Source: Lama glama (lineage: Eukaryota). From it: 64,000 nucleotides of DNA. The DNA lies in contig CM052817.1 of NCBI GenBank assembly GCA_028534125.1, positions 37,140,001-37,204,000 on the forward strand, in the 5' to 3' direction. The notes beneath the pieces were generated by a model. That model was not told the DNA's origin, did not search any database, and worked only from the letters and a program-made list of their open reading frames with translations. Shown here piece by piece: positions 24,970 through 38,289 of the stretch; position 1 is the stretch's first letter, and the number at the start of each line of letters is the position of its first letter. The translations under genes were made by a program, and so were the position numbers.

Positions 24970-26379
24970 ACATGAAGTCTATTCAGGGGCCAAGCTCCTT
25001 TTTTGCAGCTCGGCTCTCCCAGAGGGCTTTGATGCCCTCTGCATTCTGTCAACAGAAGGCGAAAAGGGGAATGGAGGTTTTTGTAGGCTAGGCTTACAAG
25101 TGACATATATTACCTCCTCTTCCCTTATTTTGGCTGGAACTCAGTCACATGACTACTTCCATTCAAAGTTTGTTTTGAAACTACGTTGTTGATGGATGAA
25201 TCAAGTCAGTCATAGAAGCACTAAAATTACTGTTCTTTTCCCAATGTTCCCAATGATAGTGAAATGTTCAAACGTGAAAACCTAAAGATAAATCATTCAT
25301 GTAAAATGCATTCCTTTATAACAGAATTATAGTAAATTTAGAGGAAAATTAAATTATAAAATTAATTTTAATAAATACTTATGGAAACTACAAGTTAAAC
25401 CATTACATTTTATTTCCAGTAAACCTCGGGTCATATTTTTGTGGGGGTGTCCTTAATAATATCACTTCACCCTCCTCTTCTCGATGACCTCGTACAGAAT
25501 AATCTTTATAAAATCATTTTCTCTGCCTATTTATAACACATGCCTTCCTCCTCAGGCAAATAGTAGTATAATTTAACCTTAAATATTGGATCTATCAAGA
25601 TGATATTCTTTTGAGAGAAAACTAAAAAGGATACTAGAAGAAAAGGGAAATGAAGCTAGTTATAGGGAAAAGAAAAAACAGAACACAACTTGAAACTAGT
25701 GAGTAGCAGAGGAAATGGGGCTACGTGAGATATGTGTGTGAGGTTCGAGATAGAATTGTGTATTTAATCACCTCTTCTGGGCAAAGTCACAAACCCCAGA
25801 GAAATTTGTACAGACTTCTTAGAACATTTCTAGATGGCATTACAAATTGTCTGTTTCTTTCCTGCCTCTCCACTGAATTAAGCTCCTCTGGTGCAGGACC
25901 CTTGTCCTTCCTTCTCCAGATTCCTGAATCTTCCTCTGGGCCTGTACTCAGAAAGGCCTCAGTTAATGTCTAGATGAAATTCTATAATAAGACTGTTGAA
26001 AACAATGCAGAGAGAGGAACACTTCCCAAATCCACCTCCAGAATGCCAGCATTCAGACATATCCCCCAGGCAGGAGACCGGCAGCTATTTTGCTAAAAAA
26101 CTGAACCACTCCAGAGAAAGTTTCTGTAGATTCTGGCATTTTGGGGTCCAAGATTGAAAAATTCAGTGACCCTCCAAAAAAGCTTCAATTAAGCCCACTT
26201 GACAAGACTTACTCATACTTTTAGTTCCAATTAATATTTACTTTTACCCATACTTTTACTTCCAATTAATATTTTAGAATTCAGGTACACAAGGGTTGTC
26301 AGGTATTTTTAAAATATGCCTTCTGCATGGCAGCTAAGATCATAAACAACTTTTTAAGAACTAAATAATAAACAACGAA

Positions 26380-27900
26380 AAGAGGAAAACTTAAAGAAAC
26401 TAATTTATATCCTCAGAGAGATAAGATGTTGCATCTAAGAAACAAACAAAAAAAAAGATCCTAGTAAGAGGGAACAAAATAGAGTTCTTGACAATTAAAA
26501 ACTAGATATCATTTCTAAAAAATTCTGTGAAAACTTGGCAGCTGAAGTTGAGGAAATATCTAGAAAGAAGAACAAAAAGAGAAAAAAATGGAAGATAAAA
26601 AAGAAAATATTTTTAAATGTCTATCCAGGTTGCCCAATATCTGTCTAATAGGAGGGCCAAGGAAAAAAAAAGTATGTAGATAAATAAAGATAAGAAAGAG
26701 AATTCAATTGTCAATAAGACCATAGAAGAAGGATATCTAGCATTGATCAAAATAAGTGTCCAAATTGAAAGGGCTAATTATATTTATATGTGAGTATCTA
26801 GATTGAAAGATTGCTACTAATAGTGAATGAAAAAAGATTTATACCAAAGTGCATCACCATGAATTTTCAGACCACCAGGGACAGAGACGATATAGACAGA
26901 AAAAAAATACTGCATCTAAAGGTTTGGGAAGATAATGGCATCGAACTTCTCAACAGTAACATGGGGAAGCTAAAAGACTAGGGAGCAACGCCTACAAAAT
27001 TCTGGGGAGGTATAATTTTAAAACCAGAGTTTTGTATACAAGAAAATTATCAAAGAAATGTAAGGGTAGAGGAAGACAGTGCTGGAGAGGTAAGCTTTCT
27101 AATATAAACGCAAGCAGAAACAGAAGATTTTCAACCCTCTACCCAGCCTTTCTCAGGAAGTAACCAGAGGATATGCTTCATCAAAATGAGGGGGTTAATC
27201 AAGATAATATAGGCAATTAGAAGAAAAACATGGAGAGAGAGGAGAGGTGAGGTTACAGCAGGCCTAGAGAATGACAAGTCCAGATTAGAGCGGGACAAAA
27301 AGGGGTTCCAGGAGGGCTATCTTCGTGGTGGGCCAGAGCACACCGCAGGGGTACGGGCTCAGAAGGGCTGAATGTGTGCTTCTCTTTCCATCTCTGCATT
27401 CAGTAACATCACATTGGCTACTTGAAATCTGCCATGATGAGAGTATTTACACAATGGAGAAGGGAAAAAGCTAAAAATCAGGGTTTGGTACCCTCCCTCC
27501 CCAGGAGAACTACTTGTTAAATATTTACCAGCTCACCCCTGAACTTAGCACTTGCTGCTAAGTTTACTCATTGAAAATTTGTATTAAGAGGTATTTTATC
27601 AATGAAAAAAGAGATATTTTACGAACCTATTGGGAATTAAGGGAAACTTGAGCCATAAGTTCAAAGAAAACTAAGCAAGTGGGGAAAAACACGTATAAAT
27701 AAAATGTATAAATACACTAGGAAAAACAAAACGTATAAATACATTATAATAATAATGCATTATGTGGCTCATCAAGGGGCAAAATTTTACAGAATGATTA
27801 TAAAGAAAGTGCTGAATATGGGTTTAATCAAAGCTGGAATATAATTATATTGGAAGGAAGAAAAAAGGGAAGGAGGTCCTTGGAAGAGTGCAAAATCTTC
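26380..27900 (+). mobile_element. HAL1-like (half-L1) fossil, copy 1, interrupted by a MER63-like hAT fragment (~27330-27545)
   Basis: catgaattttcagaccaccaggg ... aatggcatcgaacttctcaacag ... cctttctcaggaagtaaccagaggatatgcttcatcaaaatgaggg ... cagcaggcctagaga. Confidence 0.65.
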
Positions 27901-27917
27901 AACTGTCACACTGGAAG

Positions 27918-28362
27918 TGGTGGCAGACGTGAGAAAGTCCCCTTTTGGATTTCTAGATGCAGGGAGTATATTTACCTCATAGGCCCAGCTGCTGCACTTT
28001 AAAATCCATCACCACATTTATGTGGAGGCCTTACTTCCCATGGGCTGCTCCCAGCCAGTGACTGAGAGAGAAAGAGACACTAAGTCCAGTTCCTGAGAAA
28101 CAGGAGATTCCTCCAGTGGCTGACTGCGACTCAAGGACTCCCTAGTGGCCTTGCAGACCTTTCCTTAGAGCTTCCCTGTAGTCTAAGGGGACTCCACCTC
28201 CATCTCTCTCCCTTCCCTGTCTCCTGACTTAGTAAGACCTGCGGGCAGTCTGACAGCATTTCCCAGCCTTCCCCCAGTTCCCTCTATAGTTTTTCTCACA
28301 GGCACTTCCCCTAGTAAATTTCTCGCTTCTGTGTCTGCCTCTTGGAGGGTCTGGGCTAATAC
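27918..28362 (+). mobile_element. LTR16-like (ERVL) solo LTR
   Basis: gggctgctcccagccagtgactga, actcaaggactccc, cacaggcacttcccctagtaaat, ending ...ctaataca. Confidence 0.7.
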
Positions 28363-29399
28363 AGAAGTCAATTAATAATATCTAAAACTGGTGAATCTAA
28401 AGATCATGTATCTTTTTTTTCTTGAAATACACATGTAACTATCAGAAGAAAGATCTAAGAGAAGAAAAAGAGGTGAAGAGCACCCATTTTTAAAAGGCTT
28501 TAGCACTACTTGACTTTTTAGTACCTGTGTACATACTATTTTTAAGTAAACCATTTAAAAAAGCAAAAGACCACAGCTTTAAATATTAGTTGCTTTAGAT
28601 TGTTAAGGGGAAGCAAACTTTTATCTAAACTGTTCTTCTGTGAATGATTCCTTTCATTTTCTTTTTGGATATGAGTAGTGACAGGCTGATTCAATAAACT
28701 CCTTGCAGACAGCTCCTCCCAGAGGGAGCAAAATGATCTGCTGACTAAACTTGAAGTCTGGGATGAAAGTACCATTGACAATGCCCTTGAGTTGCTGTTT
28801 CTACCTTTGATATATCTGGAAGGGTAATTTTTAGAGATGTTATTTTTTTTCCTTCTCTCCTCCTCACTGCAGGTAGAAAAGCCCTTAGGATGACTTTGCC
28901 TTAGGGATTTTTCACAAATGCCATCAAAAGTTGTATAAATCCTCAAAAAATTCACTAGAACTTTTAAACAAAATCTAGGCGGACATCTTTCACATATTAA
29001 AAATGTTTGATATGCTACGACAGTTTATTGAAACATTGTATTCTATTATCCAAAAACAAAAATAACACCCTTCACTATTCATGACAGTTGAGTATTTTCT
29101 TATGCTGTCCTCAAGTCTTTGTGAAGAAGCTACTTAATCATAAATCCTTTTAATTTTTCACTGAAAATGTAGTTGGACACTCTAGCTAAACTGATCAATT
29201 AAAACATAAACTTACCACCATACCCTCTCATAACTCCTCTAAAATGGCAATGAAGGAAATGTTAAAAGGTATAAAGTCACAGGATAAAAAAAGAAAAGGC
29301 TGTAACAGGGAAGAGAATATACAGAGCAGATGGGTAAGTGGTGAGTAGCAGTGGAACAGAGAACCCTGAAACCTAACCCCCAGAGGGGTAAACCTGAAA

Positions 29400-31110
29400 G
29401 AAACAAACTGACCTTTGCACTTAACTTTGAGGAAATTAAAGTAAACCAAGCAAATAAATATAACGATATCCTCAAAGACTTAAGACACTGTGTAAGAGAT
29501 AAGATATCTTTAGAACAAGAAAAATGTGCTATTTTATAAAAGGAACTTTTAGGAAACAAAAGGAGAAATCTTGGAAGCTAAACATAATATTACAGGTATT
29601 AGAAATGCAATAAAAGTTTGAGAAGATAGAGCCAAGGAAATTTCGCAGAAATTAAAAGAGACAAAGAGGTTTAAAAGGAGAGGAGAAAAAGATTAGAAAA
29701 CAGGAGAACCAGAGGAGTTCCAGAGAACAGAAGAAAGAGAGACGGAATCAACAAAGAACAATTACCAAAAAATCCCCCTATGGATTTAGTCATGAATTCA
29801 TTTGTTCACTTTTCAGCAAGTTCCTTCTACATGCCAGACCCTGTGCTGGGTGGTGAGAATTCAGCAGTAAACAGTAAGCAGTAAAGTTCTTGATCTCACA
29901 GAACTTACTCAGAAATGAAGGCTGTAATTTCTCTGGTAGAAAGAGCCCACTGAATATCATGTGTAATAAATGGAAAAGGTTGACAGTAAGGCACACCATG
30001 ATGAATTTTCAGAACACTGGGGATGATGAAAAACTCCTAAAATCTCCCAGAAAGAGAAAATAGCTTATTTATAAAAAAAAAAAAAGACTGTGAATTAAAA
30101 AAAAATTGGCTTCTCAACATTCACACTGGAAGATGAAAAACAATGAAACAATGTTTTCAGAATCCCAGGGGAAATTTTCTCCCCAGAATTAAATTCCCCA
30201 ACCTAACTATTAATCAATGTGAGGGTAGAATATAGTCATTTTCAGACATTTCAAGGTTTCAGAAACTTTACCTATTGTGTATCGTTTCCTGGGAAGCTAC
30301 AAAAAGAGGTTCTCCACACAATGGAAAGTAAACTAAAAAAAAAAAAGTAAGATCTAAGAAATAGGAACTCCAACACAAAGGAGGTAAAGGAAATTCCAGG
30401 ACAGGAGCTGGGTAGTAGACCTGGAGAGTAACCGATCCCAATGGGAACGGAAGGTAGGGCACTTCAGGGGATGGTTGTTTGCAGAAAAAGGAAGGGGAGG
30501 GGAGGGGACAGGGTGCCGCAGGGGGAGAAAAAGCAGGTAACTTGTCTGATATAGATGCATAATTTAGGAGATTTACCCTGCTCTCAAGAGTTATGAATGA
30601 ATAAAGAGTGGGTAGATAAACTAATATCAACTATACTTTAAAAAAAAGTATTTAAAAAGGCAATTTTTAACTCTTAGGCGGGAAATTGTACAGGAAAGGA
30701 AATGTAATCATAGTATGATACATGGTTCACGTGTGAATAATGCTTACAGAGTCATAATAATGTAAATTCTTAATATTTATTTAATTTAAAAGGCTCATAT
30801 AAGGATATTGGGAGGAAAGAGGGTGGGAGATTATGCAAGTTTAGAGAGAAGTTGTTGGAAGTGTAGGATGGTTACTTTGTATAATTGGGAATGTGTAAAA
30901 CAGGAAGGAAAAAAAAACTCAAGAAATAGTAGTATGAACACGTTATTTAGAAACATGGAAGGACATACCTGAAGAGCAAATTGAAACAAATGTTTCTTCC
31001 AGTGAGAAGAAAGGTGGTGGGGATTTCTGTGGTAGCAAATGCTGGTTTTCATCACAAGCCTTATTAAAATCTGAGTATATGTATTTCTCTTATAAAAATT
31101 TAAATTATAA
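29400..31110 (+). mobile_element. HAL1-like fossil, copy 2
   Basis: gatgaattttcagaacactgggg ... cttctcaacattcacactggaag ... gtgagggtagaatatagtcattttcagac ... tttcctgggaagctac. Confidence 0.65.
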
Positions 31111-34100
31111 GAAGGCAGGTAGTTAAAAATTGATGCTACTTAGAGGAGTTGTCAAAAAGTATGTAATAAAATATAAAAATAATTGCTCAATAAATCTATT
31201 TTCTTTAACAACAAAAAATGGACCTCTCTGGCTAGTTCAGGCACTCTTCTGAATCTTCTGAATTTGCTGAATCTTCTGAATCTGAAGGAAGGGCAAAGGA
31301 ATAAGTCATCCATGCAAGTAAGTACTGGTCCATGACTGTGGAATCAAAAGCAATCAGAAAGGGCCTAAAGCAATTTAGGCAGTGGGTCTACAGTAAATCA
31401 TTAAGTAGGCATAAGGTTCTGATCTGCCTTCTGTTCCCCATTTCTACATGTGACAGCAGGCATGTTTGCAAAGAAACTCTGAGTCATTTGGCAGCAGGAT
31501 TAGTACTCATATTCTTTTTCCTTCTTAAAGAGGAAGTGGTATAAAATCCATGGTATCAAAAAAAAAAGAGAGAGAGAGAGAAGAAACAATGTTAAATACT
31601 TATAAAGTATTAAAAACAGAGAGAGATGGGGGAGAAAGACAGAGAAGAAGAGAGAGCATTGCATTAAACAGGATTTTCTGATTTGGCAATTTTTGTCATT
31701 TTATTATATAAAACGTGGGCAAGTAACTCTTTGAAGCCCCCTCTGGAATGGATTTACTACTGGACCAGAAAACTAACTCAGTAAATTCTGTAAGTATTTG
31801 AAGTAAAAGAGTACTACTCTTTCCATTTCTTCATTTAAAACACAGAGATTCTCCAAGAAAGAGAAATAATGGAATAAAGCAAAAGGACAGAACCTCCTTT
31901 CCTCCCCTCAATGATTAATGGTGCAAAGAAGAAAAGAAGGTATTTTCTTATAATCCATTCTTACCCATGTATCCTATTAATAGTTTGTCTTCCCTTTCAC
32001 TTACTAAAATCATGCTTAACAATGTGTATCAAATGGAAATTTTCTTTCAGAGCATATGTGGTGTCCTCCACGGGAGCAGGAGAGCTCCAGAGGCTCAGAC
32101 TGCCTTTGTAGCAAGAAAGGGGAAACAGAAACAAGGTTGAAGTAGCCCTTCTTCTCCCTCCTCTTCTCTTTCCTCTTCCTCCTGCTCCTTCTCCTTTCCT
32201 CCTCCTTCTTTTCAAACAATCTGCTTAAAGAGATAAGCAGGTCAGCAGGAATAAAGAGAATGGTGAAGGAGGAAGGCAGGGTGTATCTCAGCTTTGCTTG
32301 GCATCGCAACAGAGAAAAACCAGCTAATTACACCAGCTGAAAGTCTTCATCAATTTAGAGTCTTAAAGAAAGGCGATGCAAGTAGAAAGCATTACCCAGT
32401 CACCCTTGTGAGTTTCTCTGTCTTAGGAACCTGTCAAAATTATTCTAGCCTGTGCTGTTCGAAGCTCTTTGGCAACACCAACTTAAGAGATAGACTACAA
32501 AAGTAAAGATGAAATATTACCACCTCCCCAAATATAGCACTGTAAATAGTTCCTGCCACAATGAGACCTTTCAAAAATCTATTTTTCTAGTGAAATGAAG
32601 TGAAAAAATTGGATTCACCAGAATTCCCTTCATGGAGAATACTGTATTTGTACAAAAGAAATGCCTCGTCAAACCTGTGTATGCTGATGACTGAGAAATT
32701 GAGGGAGTCTGAATGTGGGTAGAAAGCCCTCTGTAAGACAAGAGAATGGATTTTCTGGTAGTTTCAGAACAGCAAGAGAGAGAAAAGGGAAGCAAAGTGG
32801 GGAGTGGGGTGGTGGAAGGAGGATGGCAAAAACCTACAATGTGACATCTTTTCGAGACCACCATCACCATTCTTCATGCAGATCTGCAGGAAAAAAATCC
32901 TGAAAGGCTCAATGCTCATGAGTACAAATTGGTGAATATCCAGATTTCATCTCCAGGATGTCACGGGACTGATCAGAAATTGCCTGAAGGGAAGGGGAAT
33001 GGTGAAAGCAGAGAGAAGTGTGAGGAACCAGGAGATCACCAGACGTCACAGACCATGATGTCAGGGCTTTGAGCCAACTTTAGCCAACTCTTTCAGAGTT
33101 CAGAGACCAGGTGTCCAAATGGCATAGAGGTGACAAGTTTTTTGTTTTATTTTGTTATTTTGTTTTTAAACCGATCCAGGCTGTTTGGAACTAAGGTAGA
33201 AAACTCAGTTTGATCTCAGATGAAATCATTTTAGAATCAGGTATGCCTCTCACTGTTATTACTGAATTAGACTCCTAGTGATGGGAAAGGCATAGACCCT
33301 AACAGAGCATAACCTCTGAGGGCCTTTGGAATTCAACAGTGTCACGGGGAAATCAGGGAAATTACTGAGATGGTGATTACAGGCCAGGGTGGGGAGAGTG
33401 AGAGTTAAGGGAGATATAATTGAAGAGAGAATGTTTCAGACAGAGACCCAGACTTACTCAGTGCCACATGACCTTCTTGGAATGCAAAAGTCCAAGGAAC
33501 TCCTGATGACATAGGGGGCTAAATATTGATATTCACCCCAGCCCTTATCCTAATTTACCTACCTAAAAAGGATTTTCTAACTGAATGGCTTCTGTGGGGC
33601 TGAAGATCAGACAGATATGAAGAACTCTGGTCTAGACTGCATATTACCAGTAATTGGAAACATTTAGAAGGGAGCAGAGACTTGAAGTTGTAAGGAGAAC
33701 ATACCACTGACATAGAGAAAGGATGGTAATTAACCCAATGTACAGGCTCCAACCTTGGGAATTGGCATGGACTCAAAGACGCCAATGTATTTATATTGGT
33801 GACAAAATGCTGGCCAGAGTTCAAAAGAAAACTACGACCAGTCATATGCCAGTTTGGGGGCTATGCACAGATGGGGATTTGAAGAGTCCTCCATGTACAT
33901 GTTAGTACTCAAAGGACTTTTGCTGTGAGAGTTGCAACAAGGTGGTAGGAAACACAATTTGGAAAACAGGACCAGTTGGAAGGTATTACTCTAATAGCAA
34001 TTTAAGCAAAAAATCAATGTAAGAAGCCAAGCTGAAGGACCTCCTCTCCTCCCCTAAATCAGGGTAAAGAGGTATACCACTTCAGATTTGGGAGCAAATG

Positions 34101-35797
34101 CAAAAATAACTCACTTTCCCTTGTTCACCCTGGACCCTAGTGGCTAATTACACATACACGCATTATACCCTCACTAACCAATAAACGGTGTTCTAATATG
34201 TAGGTCATTTACCTAAGAAACCCACATCTTCCCAAGTTTGATTCTTGGCTGTCTCTACATATTCAACAGACTTGGGTCCCTGCTTCTGGTCTCTGCTCTG
34301 CCACTCTGTCCTAGCACAGGGCATTACTTACTTTGCACAGCTCTCCGGCAGAAGCACCTCCTACTGTCCTAGATGAGGACTCCACAGCCTTGGGGCCAGA
34401 CCCAAGAGGTAAAGAGAGGGCATCCAGATGTAAATCAATATTTATAGGCTTAGAGGTTCAAATAGCAACATTCAATCAACATAAACAATATGTGAGATGT
34501 AACAGGTCTTTCCCCAAAGATAAAAGTCCACCTAAAACAAGAACACAGGGTACAAAAGATTCTAGAATAGTCCCAATTTATGCCCAGCAAGTGTACTCAC
34601 TTGAATCCTGGCCTTTTCGAATATTTTTCTGTCCTTGAAAGTTTCAGGATCATGTCTAAAGAGTACCTGGTATGACAAGCCAGATGGAGTAAAAGGAAAA
34701 GGAGGCTTTCCAAAGGCAAATTATGAAATCACTGTACTTGAATCAGCTGAAAAGCAATGATTTGAAAATTTCCTGACATTTCTATTATGTAAAGGAGGTG
34801 ACTAGGAGAATTGCTACTCTATGACAGACTCTGACCAATGGGGAAAAATTTGCTGGTGAGATAGAAATGACAAGAATCTTGGGAGAAAGTTACATGTCAG
34901 TCAGTATTAGACATATTTAGCATGAAGAGGCAAGGACTTATAAGGCACACAAATGCTATCTTTTGTGTTTGAAGGGCATCGATGTAGAAGAGAGATTTAG
35001 ATTGTCTTATGTACCCCTGAAATGCAAAATTGAGTCCAATGAATAGAAACCACAGGGTAATATATTTCAGTTACTAGAGAGAAATAACTTTCAAAAATAG
35101 TGCTATTCAAAGATTTGATAGCTATAATCACCAGTGCCACCTTTTGGGCGTTTTGTTTTTTTTAATCTCATATTACGCAAAAGTAGAGAAAGTAACTAGT
35201 AAAGATGGGACATTCTCTGTTGCTAGGGGTGTCCAAGCCCTAGCCTTGTGGTCAGCATTGTGGTCAGAATTGGTCCTATAAGCATTGGGATACTTAGTCA
35301 CTTATTGGTACATAATGAACCACTCCAAAGTTTAATGGCTTCAAACAAAGATATTTGCTTAGCTCATGATTCTGTGGGTGGGCACTTCGAGGTAAGTTTA
35401 GATGGACAATTCTGATCCCAGCTAAGTTCACTCATGGGTTTATCCAGCAGAGAGGAGGGTAGCAAGAGACTGAGAAGCGTAGAAAGCACTGGCATACCAT
35501 CACTGCATCCCACTGGCCAAAGCAAGTCACAAGCTCAACCAAGACTCGAGGAGAGAGGACACAGACTTCACCTCCTGAAGGGAGGAATTCAAAAGTCATA
35601 TTGTAAGGGCCTGGCTACAGGGAAGTTGAAGGACTGTGGTGATTTTCACAATCTTGTACAAAAAGTCACTCAAGGATCTTTAGCAGAGGAATGATGTCAT
35701 CAAATAAGTGTTCTAGAATGATCGTTCGGGCAATATGTTGAGAGCCACTGCTTTAACATCCCTGAAATTATACTGCAGAAAGCACACAAGTTATATA

Positions 35798-36838
35798 CAG
35801 TCTTCACTTCGCATGGTTCTGATATTCACAAAATTCAGTTACCGCAGTGTAGTTAAATAACACCATCCCCCAACAACATAGTTCCAATCTCTGTTACTGT
35901 GGTATAGGAACTGAGTAATTATGTAAAATATCAACTTCACTGCTTGCTCTTTAGTCCACAAATCACTATGTTAATAACAGATGCACACAAGATCAATGAC
36001 CAGTCATGTCGCTCCTTTCAAAGGAGTGACTAGTCACACTGTCAGTGACTGGTCCCTGCACATCTGGAATTCAGTTCACACACAGACAGCAAGAATGCAG
36101 TTGTGTGGTCCCCTCTTGTATCCCAGTGATAAATCCCTGTGAAATTTTACAAAAATGGATCATCAAAAGAGGGAATTGGTCAAGAAAAATGAAGGTACAT
36201 CAAAGAAATAAAAAATGGTATCACTAAATAAAAAACTCAAACCAAACATAAAATGAGTTATAAAGAAAGAGTGGACCATGGGAATGTTGACATTACATTT
36301 GCAGCCAGAAAAACTTAGTGAAGACAAACTAACCAACATAAATGAGAAAAGCAGTTGTAACAGAAAGGATAAAGATGTCCCAGGGGAAATGACAATAGTA
36401 AAAAACTTTTCATCAAAGCAACTCTTGGAGATATTTTACAACATTGATGGCACAAAGGATGAAATATTGGGAGCTGATTCAGACTCAGAAAGGAGTATGA
36501 GAGTCAGCCAAAGTACAGAAAAGACGCTCACTTGGTATCATAAGTTATGATAAGAAGGCAAGCACTATTCAAACTACTTGTGGCAAGTTTCTCACAAATA
36601 AACATTTAAATTCTCAATGTGTCTAATGTTTTAAATTACAGTCTACTAAATAAATATTAGTTTTACTATTTTTTCACTTTCTTATACATTCATAACCAAC
36701 AGTGAAGCAGTTTTTAATATATTGGCAGAAGATCATAGAACAAGTGTAATTCTTCCCATTGATGATGAAGATTGCTTTGCATGATTTGAGCAAGCCTAGT
36801 CATTTTCATGGACCCATGGTACTGAGTGGAGAGGACTG
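35798..36838 (+). mobile_element. TcMar-Tigger fossil (Tigger6-like), ~1 kb
   Basis: Degenerate TIRs cagtcttc / gaggactg, preceded by TA; ORF 36278-36550 resembles a Tigger transposase C-terminus (LLEIFYNIDGTKDEILGADSDSERSM). Confidence 0.7.
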
Positions 36839-37004
36839 CTTCTACAAGAAACTTCCTTCTGAGTCCATGAGATTATTTTTTATAGTTACTAGATCTGGAA
36901 TTTGGGGGGTATAGTAACTGTAATTAATAAACAAAGAAAAAATGAGATGTTAGGAAAACAAATTGGGGTTTTTTTGTGTGTATATATATATACATATATA
37001 TATA

Positions 37005-37529
37005 TATTTTATTGGAGTATAGTCCGTTTACAATGTTGTGTCAATTTCTGATGTACAGCACAATGATTCAGTCATACATGAACATACATATATTCATTTT
37101 CACGTTCTTTTCACCATAAATTACTACAAGATATTGAATATAATTCCCTGTGCTATATACAGTATGAAGTTGTTGTTTATCTAATTTACATGTATTAGTC
37201 TCTGCAAATCTTTTTTTTTATTGAGTTATAGTCAGTTCACAATGTTGTGTCAATTTCTAGTGTAGAGCATAATTTTTCAGTTATACACGAACATACTTAT
37301 ATTCACTGTCACATTGTTTTTTGCTGTGAGCTACCACAAGATCTTGTATATATTTACCTGTGCTATACAATATAATCTTGTTTATTCTACATGTGCCTGT
37401 CCGTATCAACAAATTTCAAACTCCCAGTCTGTCCCTCCCACCCGCCTCCCCCCTGGCAACCACAAGTTTGTATTCTATGTCTATGAGTCTGTTTCTCTTT
37501 TGTATTTATGTTCTTCTTCTTTTTTTTTT
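37005..37529 (-). mobile_element. Two stacked L1 3' ends (second begins at the poly-T at 37211), running into the gap
   Basis: Two poly-T plus L1 3' termini (attggagtatagtccgtttacaatg; attgagttatagtcagttcacaatg) with different 3' UTR variants. Confidence 0.85.
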
Positions 37530-38029
37530 NNNNNNNNNNNNNNNNNNNNNNNNNNNNNNNNNNNNNNNNNNNNNNNNNNNNNNNNNNNNNNNNNNNNNNN
37601 NNNNNNNNNNNNNNNNNNNNNNNNNNNNNNNNNNNNNNNNNNNNNNNNNNNNNNNNNNNNNNNNNNNNNNNNNNNNNNNNNNNNNNNNNNNNNNNNNNNN
37701 NNNNNNNNNNNNNNNNNNNNNNNNNNNNNNNNNNNNNNNNNNNNNNNNNNNNNNNNNNNNNNNNNNNNNNNNNNNNNNNNNNNNNNNNNNNNNNNNNNNN
37801 NNNNNNNNNNNNNNNNNNNNNNNNNNNNNNNNNNNNNNNNNNNNNNNNNNNNNNNNNNNNNNNNNNNNNNNNNNNNNNNNNNNNNNNNNNNNNNNNNNNN
37901 NNNNNNNNNNNNNNNNNNNNNNNNNNNNNNNNNNNNNNNNNNNNNNNNNNNNNNNNNNNNNNNNNNNNNNNNNNNNNNNNNNNNNNNNNNNNNNNNNNNN
38001 NNNNNNNNNNNNNNNNNNNNNNNNNNNNN
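37530..38029. other. Assembly gap (500 N)
   Basis: N run. Confidence 0.99.
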
Positions 38030-38289
38030 TCAGACTGCTTGGGTTTGAATCTTAGCTCTGTCCCCTTCTTAATTGTATAACCTTAGGCAAGTTCTTTGAC
38101 CTCTCTGAGTTCAGGATTCCTCCTCGAAAAAGTGGAGATAGTACTAGGACTATGTCATAGGCTTATAATAAGGACTAAATGATTTAACATCAGCAATGGA
38201 TTTTGAACGTTAACAATAGTTGGTGTTATAAAGTGTTAGGTATTTTTAGCTACCTCCAAAGTTTTAAAACATTGTTAAGGCTATGATTC

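Noticed and set aside
28709..28872. Protein-like + strand exon (SSSQREQNDLLTKLEVWDESTIDNALELLFLPLIYLE) followed by a strong acceptor
   Set aside because: The implied intron is only 49 nt, no family is recognised and there are no linked exons.
31246..31287. Short ctgaat(ctt) tandem units
   Set aside because: Simple slippage repeat with no spacer structure.
33503..33599. Extra minus-strand micro-exon that would allow a ~116-aa spliced ORF
   Set aside because: It needs a 60-nt intron and hand-picked exon choices, so no coding model is claimed.
36278..36550. 90-aa ORF as a domesticated transposase gene
   Set aside because: Short C-terminal remnant inside a Tigger fossil with no DDE core.
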